This document shows positions 56,468 to 64,000 of a DNA stretch of 64,000 nucleotides, piece by piece. The stretch is from a virus, in the IMG/VR virus record IMGVR_UViG_3300021962_000025, positions 1 to 64,000 of that record; one strand, given 5' to 3'. The notes under the pieces are model-generated. The model had not been told where the DNA came from, did not search any database, and saw only the letters and a program-made list of their open reading frames with translations. Made by a program: the position numbers and the translations under genes. Each line of letters begins with the position of its first letter. Within the stretch, counting starts at the first letter, position 1.

Positions 56468-57166
56468 TTAGTCATATCTTTTTAGGATTTGACTAATTAT
56501 GGGGTTTCTAACAATGTCGTTATCCCCGAATTCAAAGACGCCAATATTCTTAACTCCTGCCAATCTAACTTTAGCGTCATAAAGACCACTCTTAGTTTTG
56601 TCTTTAAACTTATCTGATTGTTCTAAGTCACCCGAAATAAAGAACTTAGTATTAAATCCAATACGGGTTAATAACAATTTCATTTGTGCGGGTGTTGCGT
56701 TTTGTGCCTCTTCAAAAATCAGAATTGTATTATCTACGTTCCATCCTCTCATATATGCCAATGCAGCAACCTCTATATATCCCTCATCTTTGAGTTTTTC
56801 TCTACACTCCTTACCGATTATTTTATTTAATAGATAATATGATGGGAAGATGTAGGGATCTAATTTTTCCTCTAATCCACCAGGTAATGACCCTAATTTT
56901 TCTTCTGCTTCGACGGCCGGTCTAACAATAATTATTTTTTCGTATTTGTTGTCATCGTCATGTAATAGATCTACCGCCTTTTTCATGGCGATATATGATT
57001 TACCCACACCCGCAGGACCGAAACACAAAGTAATTTCGTTATTATGTAAAATGTCCCAATATTCTCTTTGAGAATCTGTTAGGAATTTTTCTCTTGGTTT
57101 CTTAAAGATTTCTCTGATTTTCTCTTTATGTGTTAACCGTCTTTCAATAGGTCTTCTTTGAGCCAT
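56468..57166 (-). CDS. phoH: PhoH-family ATPase
   Basis: 'FGPAGVGKSY','VRPAVEAEEKLGSLPG','YMRG','EEAQN','LTRIG','GDLEQSD','IVRN'. Confidence 0.95.
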   Translation of the reverse strand: MAQRRPIERRLTHKEKIREIFKKPREKFLTDSQREYWDILHNNEITLCFGPAGVGKSYIAMKKAVDLLHDDDNKYEKIIIVRPAVEAEEKLGSLPGGLEEKLDPYIFPSYYLLNKIIGKECREKLKDEGYIEVAALAYMRGWNVDNTILIFEEAQNATPAQMKLLLTRIGFNTKFFISGDLEQSDKFKDKTKSGLYDAKVRLAGVKNIGVFEFGDNDIVRNPIISQILKRYD

Positions 57167-57190
57167 TAATATTATTTCGTATTATTTAAT

Positions 57191-57805
57191 TTATTTTCCA
57201 GTGGAACCAAACCCACCATTACCTCTTTCACTATCACTTAGTTCTTCCACTTCTGTGAAAACTACATTAGGATACGGTATTACCATTATTTGTACAATTC
57301 GATCACCCACATCGTATTTGATAGAGTCTAAACCGTTTGTTTTATTAAATGTCGCTTGGATCTCACCTCGATATCCACTATCTATTACACCAACGGAATT
57401 ACTTAACTCTAATTCCATTTTTCTTATTGATGATCTTGGGAACACCAACCCAACGTAACCTTTTGGTATTTCAACCGCAATACCCGTCCCATACGTAACT
57501 TGAGATGTAGTATTACCGATGATTTCTGTTGCGGTGATATCCATACCGGCATCTCCCTCTTTAGAATATGAAGGGATAACGGCGTTGGGGTGTAACTTCT
57601 TTATTTTACATGATAATTTGACTGAATCTAACAGTCTTTCACCATTTACAAACTCAGTAGCGTCATTAGACAATGAACCTAAGACGTTTTCAATTTCTTT
57701 GATATACTCGTCATCAACATCATCACTAGTGGATAGTGTTCTCTCGAAATCCTCTAATTTTTCTAAGTATTGTCTTATTAGTTTTTCATCCATGTTTTTG
57801 TTCAA
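57191..57805 (-). CDS. dut: trimeric dUTPase with N-terminal acidic extension
   Basis: 'AGMD','PRSS','GVIDSGYRGE','RIVQ','RGNGGFGSTG'. Confidence 0.95.
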   Translation of the reverse strand: MNKNMDEKLIRQYLEKLEDFERTLSTSDDVDDEYIKEIENVLGSLSNDATEFVNGERLLDSVKLSCKIKKLHPNAVIPSYSKEGDAGMDITATEIIGNTTSQVTYGTGIAVEIPKGYVGLVFPRSSIRKMELELSNSVGVIDSGYRGEIQATFNKTNGLDSIKYDVGDRIVQIMVIPYPNVVFTEVEELSDSERGNGGFGSTGK

Positions 57806-58346
57806 ATATTGCTAACTCAAACCCTTGTTTTACAACTTGGGCCAATGGTGTTGAGTGATACTTTGCTTGTAGATCATCGTCACCTTTATCAGAATTCACT
57901 ATTGTTTGATATTCTTCTTCAGTTAAACTAACCCCGTACTTAGAACAATAGTATGCCGATCTTTCACCCACTCTCATGGAAACTAATTGATCATTAAATT
58001 CATACATTTTACCTAAGTTCTTTCTGTGCCACTCACTCTCATTTGGTTTAAATAAGAATACTTTTCCTATCTGAGAAAGGATGGTACATTTTAAAATAGA
58101 TGACACATCTTGTTGTAGTTTCTCGGGTAAGAGACCGTTCACCTTAACCGCATATTTTGATGCGATGAAGATATGTTCTAATAACCCACCAGGGTATGCA
58201 CCGTACATATCAAGGGAAGTAGAAGCGGGTGCGACATAAAGGTCGTCACCCAAGAATTCTAACAAAGATTCCGTTAGAACACCATACTTCTCGGATGTCT
58301 CTAATAATTTAGATTTATTTTTTTCTATTTGTTCTTTATTCAACAT
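57786..58346 (-). CDS. HD-domain-like (YhaM-type) protein with degenerate HD motif
   Basis: 'AYPGGLLEH' followed by 'LSQIGK' where 'LHDIGK' is expected. Confidence 0.65.
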   Translation of the reverse strand: MLNKEQIEKNKSKLLETSEKYGVLTESLLEFLGDDLYVAPASTSLDMYGAYPGGLLEHIFIASKYAVKVNGLLPEKLQQDVSSILKCTILSQIGKVFLFKPNESEWHRKNLGKMYEFNDQLVSMRVGERSAYYCSKYGVSLTEEEYQTIVNSDKGDDDLQAKYHSTPLAQVVKQGFELAIFEQKHG

Positions 58347-58351
58347 AATAA

Positions 58352-58585
58352 TTAACCTTTGTAATACTCGGGAGTTATTTTAGAGTCAATGACACATTCA
58401 ATTTGCATCTTGGCAATTGAAATACTTTCACTTGATCTCATATCTTCTGACCGATACTTTGATAATACTAATGTCGCCTCTTCAACGGACTCCGCTTCAA
58501 CGACGTACTTAACTTTTTGGACTCTTGGGTTACCTGATCTGTCCAATTGTTCTAATTCATAACCTACTGTTGCTAAATAATACAT
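58352..58585 (-). CDS. DUF4494-like small protein
   Basis: 'KVKYVVEAESVEEA'. Confidence 0.55.
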   Translation of the reverse strand: MYYLATVGYELEQLDRSGNPRVQKVKYVVEAESVEEATLVLSKYRSEDMRSSESISIAKMQIECVIDSKITPEYYKG

Positions 58586-58594
58586 AATTTTAAT

Positions 58595-59821
58595 TTATTT
58601 AATTATTGATTTTAAGAATTCCACTCTGTTTTTAGAAACAGTGGAGAGGGAATATTTGTCTTTCACTGTTTCGTATAATCTATTACCAAGATCCTCAATC
58701 ATATTCGGATTGTCAACTAATTTTTTCATATGTTGGAACCACTGTTTGTGATTTTTGGATGATTGTACTAATAAACCATTACCCTTATCGGTAAATTTAC
58801 CGTCTTCCCACGCGTTTACAACATCAAGTAGATAAGGATTCTCGGCGGTCGCAATTATTGCTTTCTTATGAAATCCCGCCTCAATTACTTTTAGTTGTGA
58901 CTTCTGTTCGTTGAATTCGGTTTTAACCAACGGAGCCAAAGAAACATCAAAATAATTGTAATTGGTGGCGTACTTGTTTATGTCCATAGTCCATCTACGA
59001 ACATACGGCTGATCTAAATCATTGGGGTAAGGGGTTTGGGACCAACTATTCAGATAATTCGAATAGTCGGAATCTAAAGATTTATAATCGTTTGTGAAGA
59101 TTTTTTCATATTTAAACCATACAGTTTCTTCCGGTTTAATTGGTCTTTCTCTTACTTCACCTGTTAATTTATTAATCTCCCTCATGTTACCTCTCAGATC
59201 GAATCCACAAAGAACGAATTGGGTAGTACCCTTATATTGGTTTTGAATTTGACTTATTCCTCCTCGTAATAACTCTAAATCATGGAGATGTGAGGACCCA
59301 CCTAACCAACCAAACCTGACTTTATCCGATTTAATTGGGTTGGGTTTGAATTGTGGGTCAGTTTCATCAACCGCGTTAGGGAAAACAAACACATTTTTTT
59401 GTCCTAACAGTTTTTTTATTGTGTTCGCATAAACGGGAGTTGTTGTAGTCACATAATCCGCGGATCTGATAAATTCACCACGTTTTTTTGGTAGTTCTGC
59501 CTTTCTGAAAGATTCATAGTTTGGGTGTCTTTGATCGATTCTCCAAAAATCATCGGTATCCATAACAACTTTAATCCCTTTACTCTTCAACCATGAAATT
59601 CTTTTCATGTTTTCTTCATGACTTGACTTATGGATGAAACTATGAAAAACAACAATATCATAATTTTTAAAATAGTCGTCATCGTTAGGCACATCGAATA
59701 CAATATCCACATGTACCTCACTTGAGTGATTATCTCCGATAAAGGTAAAAGGATCTATGATTCTAAATTTCCCAACCCCATGTGAATCCGAGGGTATGGC
59801 TAATACTCTAACTTTTGACAT
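58595..59821 (-). CDS. GT-B (GT4-like) glycosyltransferase
   Basis: 'GVGKFRI..P','DTDDFW','VFPNAVD','GWLGG.SH..DL','SLAPL...FNEQKSQLK.IEAG'. Confidence 0.85.
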   Translation of the reverse strand: MSKVRVLAIPSDSHGVGKFRIIDPFTFIGDNHSSEVHVDIVFDVPNDDDYFKNYDIVVFHSFIHKSSHEENMKRISWLKSKGIKVVMDTDDFWRIDQRHPNYESFRKAELPKKRGEFIRSADYVTTTTPVYANTIKKLLGQKNVFVFPNAVDETDPQFKPNPIKSDKVRFGWLGGSSHLHDLELLRGGISQIQNQYKGTTQFVLCGFDLRGNMREINKLTGEVRERPIKPEETVWFKYEKIFTNDYKSLDSDYSNYLNSWSQTPYPNDLDQPYVRRWTMDINKYATNYNYFDVSLAPLVKTEFNEQKSQLKVIEAGFHKKAIIATAENPYLLDVVNAWEDGKFTDKGNGLLVQSSKNHKQWFQHMKKLVDNPNMIEDLGNRLYETVKDKYSLSTVSKNRVEFLKSIIK

Positions 59822-59839
59822 ATAATTTCGTTATATATC

Positions 59840-59870
59840 AAAATATAAGAAAAAAAAAGTAAGAAATCAA
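59840..59870 (-). promoter_or_regulatory. promoter TTG-N20-TATATTTT heading the 59821-53010 operon
   Basis: Exact spacer. Confidence 0.65.
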
Positions 59871-59873
59871 TCC

Positions 59874-60482
59874 TTACTTACTTTTATTTACTCCTGTGAT
59901 TTTACCTTTAAAGATGGAATCTCCTACTTTTAAGACCAAGTTTTCATTGATAGATGCGGTCTGTTGTGCTGTGAGTAGAAGAGTTAATTTACGATCGACG
60001 ATTTCCTCTAATGTATCTTTAATCGTTTCCTTTATAAGGGATTTGATCTCCTCGTTAAGTGAGGTGTTGGGTTGGGTGATTGTACCGACTGGTTGTTGAT
60101 TTGATAGTGGGGTTTTTTTAGTTGATAAACCTTCTCTCTCCATTAATTTTTTGGCACCCTCAACAAATTTTAAATCTAACCCATCCGATAATGAAATGTT
60201 ATCCATTGTTGGTATTGGGTTCTTTATCATCGCCTCCTTTATAGATTCGGGCAATTTTGAATTCCTAATTTTGTCTTCATTAACAATTGGTGATGAGACC
60301 GATTTAGGTTTTGATGGGTTCTGATTTGACATTAAGACTTCTGGAGATTCCAATAATGCTGATGGGTCTATATTACCCTTAGTGAACGTTCCTCCGTCCA
60401 CTACATTCATAACTTTTTTGGCATTAACGAGTTTCCTCATAAGATCATTCTCGTTTATAACTCCTGTTCCTTGTTGTGACAT
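59874..60482 (-). CDS. hypothetical protein
   Basis: ORF. Confidence 0.65.
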   Translation of the reverse strand: MSQQGTGVINENDLMRKLVNAKKVMNVVDGGTFTKGNIDPSALLESPEVLMSNQNPSKPKSVSSPIVNEDKIRNSKLPESIKEAMIKNPIPTMDNISLSDGLDLKFVEGAKKLMEREGLSTKKTPLSNQQPVGTITQPNTSLNEEIKSLIKETIKDTLEEIVDRKLTLLLTAQQTASINENLVLKVGDSIFKGKITGVNKSK

Positions 60483-60517
60483 ATTTTAAAACTTTATATA
60501 ATATAACAATTTTATTT

Positions 60518-61222
60518 TTAATTATAAAGTAATTCTTTGATTCTCTTTATATTCTCGTTCAAACCATCGTAGTTGTTGTCCTCCCCGTCTTGGTCGTTAT
60601 CTTGGTCGTCACCTTTAGGTGGTTCCATACTTGGGGTATTTTCGGGTTCGGGTTGAGGTAGTTCATTTGATTGTGGTTCAACGGATTGTTCGGGTTCTGT
60701 GGTGTCGACTCTTTGGGGATCCGTATCTTGAACTCTTGGTTCTTGTGGTTCTGATTGTTGTGTGGGTTCTGATTTCGGTTCTTCAGGTTTTTGAGGTTCA
60801 GGTGTTGAGGACCAATCAGACGTGACATAAGTAACTAACATTGAGTTATCATTCCCTTCTTTATAACCAGGTCTCTTAACGTCAAACGTCTCATCCTCAA
60901 AGATCTCTATTTGATTCATTCTAGAAACAATGAAAGTTCTCCAATTACCCTTTTCAAATCCTGTCTTAGATCTTGAAGGTGGTGCCACCCAAGCCCTAAC
61001 AATCATTTTGCCTGTTTTGGAAGATCCCATGGCAACCATTTCGGCTTTGATCCTTTTACCTGGTTGTACCTCACCTCGTGGTCCATTATAAAAGAATGTC
61101 ACGGGATGTCTTTTTTTAATTGCGTTGGCTAAAGACCCGGGTCTTCCGGTTTTCCTATTAAGGGTTGCAGGTACTTTCTGCTCCCCCAATAAAAAGTTAT
61201 ATATGTCTTTAATTAACTTCAT
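60518..61222 (-). CDS. WYL-like domain protein with P/E/Q-rich tail
   Basis: 'VTFFYNG','VRAW','WRTFIVSRMNQIEI'. Confidence 0.6.
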   Translation of the reverse strand: MKLIKDIYNFLLGEQKVPATLNRKTGRPGSLANAIKKRHPVTFFYNGPRGEVQPGKRIKAEMVAMGSSKTGKMIVRAWVAPPSRSKTGFEKGNWRTFIVSRMNQIEIFEDETFDVKRPGYKEGNDNSMLVTYVTSDWSSTPEPQKPEEPKSEPTQQSEPQEPRVQDTDPQRVDTTEPEQSVEPQSNELPQPEPENTPSMEPPKGDDQDNDQDGEDNNYDGLNENIKRIKELLYN

Positions 61223-62065
61223 TAGAAATCGGGGTAGCCGTTAGACTCACTAAAATTATTTCTTGCGATGTGTTGAACTCTTTCGTTAATGTCTGTTCGA
61301 GTTCCTACACTGTTGTTATTCTCTGCTCTACCCTTTTCGTCTCCGTCTGAAATTGCGTTAGGGTGGACTAATCCATAACCGTTATTTTCGTTATAAATAT
61401 TTCTAGCAACATTGTCTGTTCGTGTGTTAATGTCGGTCAATCCACCGACATTATTACTATTTAAACCCTTTCCTGGCTCATCTCCACTTGACAACGCATT
61501 TGGGTGATTAATACCATATCCATTATTAGGTCCGTAGATGTTTCTAGAGACAACGTCGTTACGTGTATTAATATCGGTTAAGGACCCAATCATCTCATTA
61601 TTTTCACCTTTACCTTTATCATCCCCATCAGATAGGGCGTTTTGATGTGTTACCCCATAACCATTATTTTGGTTATATGTGTTTCTCCCAATATTATCAA
61701 TTCTGGTGTTGATGTCAGTAGAACCTCCGATTTTACCGTTATTTTCACCTTTTCCCAATTCATCACCGTCTGAAATAGCGTTGGGGTGGTTGACACCATA
61801 ACCATTATTTTGATTGTAAGTGTTTCTACCTAAATGTTCCTGTCTTTGATTGATATCCGTAAACGTACCTATCTGACCGTTATTTTCACCCCTACCATAT
61901 TCATCACCATCGGATATGGCGTTGGGGTTTTGTAAACCATAACCAAATTCGGAGGAATAACGATTTCTTCCAATAGAATCTAACCTGTTATTTATGTCGA
62001 CAGAAGACCCAACATTACCATTATTCTCTCCTTTACCTCTTTCATCTCCACTTGAAATTGCATTA
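61222..62065 (-). repeat. degenerate 141-bp tandem repeat x6 (coding)
   Basis: 47-aa periodicity between successive NA(I/L)S motifs. Confidence 0.8.
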
Positions 62066-62163
62066 TTGTGGTTGGAGTCATAACCGCTGTCTGACTTATA
62101 AATGTTTTTAACTATCGCCTCTTGTCTAAACTTATCCGATATTAAATCTATTTGACTTGCCAT
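61222..62163 (-). CDS. Asn/Gly/Asp-rich tandem repeat protein (6 x 47 aa)
   Basis: Repeat NA(I/L)S(D/S)GDE.GKGENN..(V/I)G..TDIN.R....RN.Y...NGYG..HP. Confidence 0.85.
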   Translation of the reverse strand: MASQIDLISDKFRQEAIVKNIYKSDSGYDSNHNNAISSGDERGKGENNGNVGSSVDINNRLDSIGRNRYSSEFGYGLQNPNAISDGDEYGRGENNGQIGTFTDINQRQEHLGRNTYNQNNGYGVNHPNAISDGDELGKGENNGKIGGSTDINTRIDNIGRNTYNQNNGYGVTHQNALSDGDDKGKGENNEMIGSLTDINTRNDVVSRNIYGPNNGYGINHPNALSSGDEPGKGLNSNNVGGLTDINTRTDNVARNIYNENNGYGLVHPNAISDGDEKGRAENNNSVGTRTDINERVQHIARNNFSESNGYPDF

Positions 62164-62642
62164 TATAATAATTCTTTGATTCTTTTTATTTCCTCAAAAA
62201 CACCTAAGGATGATATTGGAGTGACTGATGTTTTATCTGAATTCGATTTTAACATATTTGTAGGGACACTGTAATTTGATTTCTTTTTATGTGTTTTTAG
62301 GAACGCGTTTTTTCTATCAATCTGACCAATGTTATTTGATCTTTGTTGTGATTTTTTGTTTTTCTCAATCAGGTCTCTTTCCCCGTCTAAAAATGTCCTA
62401 CCCCAATTTAACATCTCATCACCACCGGCTAAATTATATTGTATAAGTGGTAGTGATCCGCTTTCTAAATCATGTATAATTCTTTTTAGTTGGGCGTATG
62501 ATACGTTCTTTGTTCTAAGTAAGTTCTTAGCTCTTTGAGTGCCATCAACAGATTTATCCTCTAACGACGTGAATACCTTATGTATATAATTAAACACATT
62601 GTCAGGAATCTGAAAATTTCTATTCTTGAGCCTACTATTCAT
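62163..62642 (-). CDS. hypothetical protein
   Basis: ORF; C-terminal 'EEIKRIKELL'. Confidence 0.65.
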   Translation of the reverse strand: MNSRLKNRNFQIPDNVFNYIHKVFTSLEDKSVDGTQRAKNLLRTKNVSYAQLKRIIHDLESGSLPLIQYNLAGGDEMLNWGRTFLDGERDLIEKNKKSQQRSNNIGQIDRKNAFLKTHKKKSNYSVPTNMLKSNSDKTSVTPISSLGVFEEIKRIKELL

Positions 62643-63376
62643 TAAAATAAGTCTTTTATATCATTAATTGATAATCCGTTATTTTCTAAACTATTTTTTA
62701 AAGAGGAGACTTGTCTTTTAATTATTTGTGGAATTTCTTTACTCTCTTCTTTATCCAAAATGTCGTGGTTAAAATCTTTTTTACTTAAGACTGTTTCCAT
62801 ATAGTCTTTCATAAATTTTTTAGGGTTCTCCACTAATCTTACCTTATCCTCGGGTAGTTTTTCATCATACCCCATCGATTCAAGTCTCTCCATTGCATCG
62901 TCGTGGGTCAACCCTAATTCTTTTGTAAAATGATTGTACGCTTGTTCGAATGTATCATCTTCACCTAACGTATCATCATAACCTAACGACTTACTCATAT
63001 CCGACTCCGCCCAATATCTTAAAGATGTGTGGGTACCATGGACACCGTGTGTACCCATAGATCCGCCTGAGGTTTTCGCGACCTTGTCTGTCGTTGATTT
63101 AGATCCAACAGTTTTTGTTGCTAGGTTAGTGGGTTTAGAACCTCTTTTTATATTGCCCTTTGAGTCGACAATTTCATCAACCTCTTTTTCTTTCTCGGTC
63201 ACCTTCTCGGGTATTTTATCAAAGTCAGTATCGTTTGAAAACTCTTTAGCGTATTTTTCCCACTTCTTCTTCTCTTTCTTGCTCACCCCTTTTTCGTTGG
63301 CCTTAGCATAGAAGAATCTTTGTTGTGCTTTTGACGCGAATTTCTCTTCGATTACCTGTTTTACGAAATTATTCAT
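62642..63376 (-). CDS. hypothetical late protein ('FASKAQQRFFYA' motif)
   Basis: Start reassigned to MNNF; TATTTAT at 63393-63399. Confidence 0.65.
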   Translation of the reverse strand: MNNFVKQVIEEKFASKAQQRFFYAKANEKGVSKKEKKKWEKYAKEFSNDTDFDKIPEKVTEKEKEVDEIVDSKGNIKRGSKPTNLATKTVGSKSTTDKVAKTSGGSMGTHGVHGTHTSLRYWAESDMSKSLGYDDTLGEDDTFEQAYNHFTKELGLTHDDAMERLESMGYDEKLPEDKVRLVENPKKFMKDYMETVLSKKDFNHDILDKEESKEIPQIIKRQVSSLKNSLENNGLSINDIKDLF

Positions 63377-63429
63377 AGAAACTTGTTTTATTATAAATAT
63401 CAAATAGTAAGAAAGATATTTATTAGAAT

Positions 63430-64000
63430 ATGAATACACAGGATATTTTAAGAAATTTGGGGATCAGTTTTGATTTAGTGTTGGATAATTCGGAAACATA
63501 TGACTACGAATTATCTGGTTTTGATAGTGATTATGACAAAAACGTCATAAATTTCAATACCCCCCTGTCTCTTGATGTTAGTATTCTAAAAAATTTGGAT
63601 GGGGACCAGTTAGATAGATCGGTTATAACGGTGTGTGAAGTCGATAATACTATTAACAACCCTAACTATGTATACAGTGGTTTAACAGAAACGTTTACTT
63701 ATTTAGATTTTGTTAACCATTTTAATATTCCTGACCATGAGTACAAAAATTTTATTTTAAATAACGATGTTTACACGTATACAGGTATAACAAACGAAGT
63801 ACATTATTTTAAAATTTGTTACATAGGTCCTCCATTACCAACTAGTACTCCCGAGACGACACCCACAGAAACCCCAATACCAACATCCACGCCGGAACCA
63901 ACTAGTACTGAAATTCCAACACCTACACCGACATCCACGCCGGAACCAACTAGTACTGAAATTCCAACACCTACACCAACAGAGAGTAGTACTCCTGCAC
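63430..64000 (+). CDS. 3'-truncated probable virion protein with Pro/Thr/Ser/Glu mucin-like linker
   Basis: Hand-translated open frame MNTQDILRNLG...PTSTPETTPTETPIPTSTPEPTSTEIPTPTPTSTPEPTSTEIPTPTPTESSTPA; TATTTAT 6 nt upstream. Confidence 0.8.
   Translation, partial: MNTQDILRNLGISFDLVLDNSETYDYELSGFDSDYDKNVINFNTPLSLDVSILKNLDGDQLDRSVITVCEVDNTINNPNYVYSGLTETFTYLDFVNHFNIPDHEYKNFILNNDVYTYTGITNEVHYFKICYIGPPLPTSTPETTPTETPIPTSTPEPTSTEIPTPTPTSTPEPTSTEIPTPTPTESSTPA
63880..63975 (+). repeat. 48-bp tandem direct repeat x2 (PTSTPEPTSTEIPTPT)
   Basis: 63880-63927 and 63928-63975 differ at one base. Confidence 0.9.

Noticed and set aside
61222-62163. 141-bp periodic repeats as a CRISPR array or DGR template
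   Set aside because: Degenerate at synonymous positions and in-frame within a protein; no identical repeats with unique spacers, and no cas or reverse transcriptase gene.

Overview
64 kb segment of a large, AT-rich T4-like (myovirus-type) dsDNA phage genome using the standard genetic code. The host is most likely Bacteroidota (Flavobacteriia-like): the window has repeated TTG-N20-TATMTTT promoters, Bacteroidota-type lipoproteins, a TonB-dependent receptor and a Flavobacterium-like bS21. It carries the head module (terminase, portal, prohead protease, scaffold, major capsid), a gp55-like late sigma factor, a holin-like gene plus amidase endolysin, and nucleotide-metabolism genes. It also encodes at least 8 glycosyltransferase-like domains plus a carbamoyltransferase and an FkbM methyltransferase, a PAS histidine kinase/receiver operon, ClpC-like and Hsp20 chaperones, a tmRNA and 8 canonical tRNAs. 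The most unusual signals are in RNA and translation control. Four structurally aberrant tRNA-like RNAs are interleaved in the tRNA operon. A putative late ncRNA carries a perfect 12-nt complement of the Bacteroidota 16S rRNA 3' end with no start codon after it, and has a paralogous copy elsewhere. A late motif (TATTTAT) often lies only 4-6 nt before ATG, suggesting leaderless late mRNAs. The bS21 gene has no SD, and the tmRNA encodes an atypical 22-residue tag. All calls are by eye from motifs; no database searches or folding programs were run.
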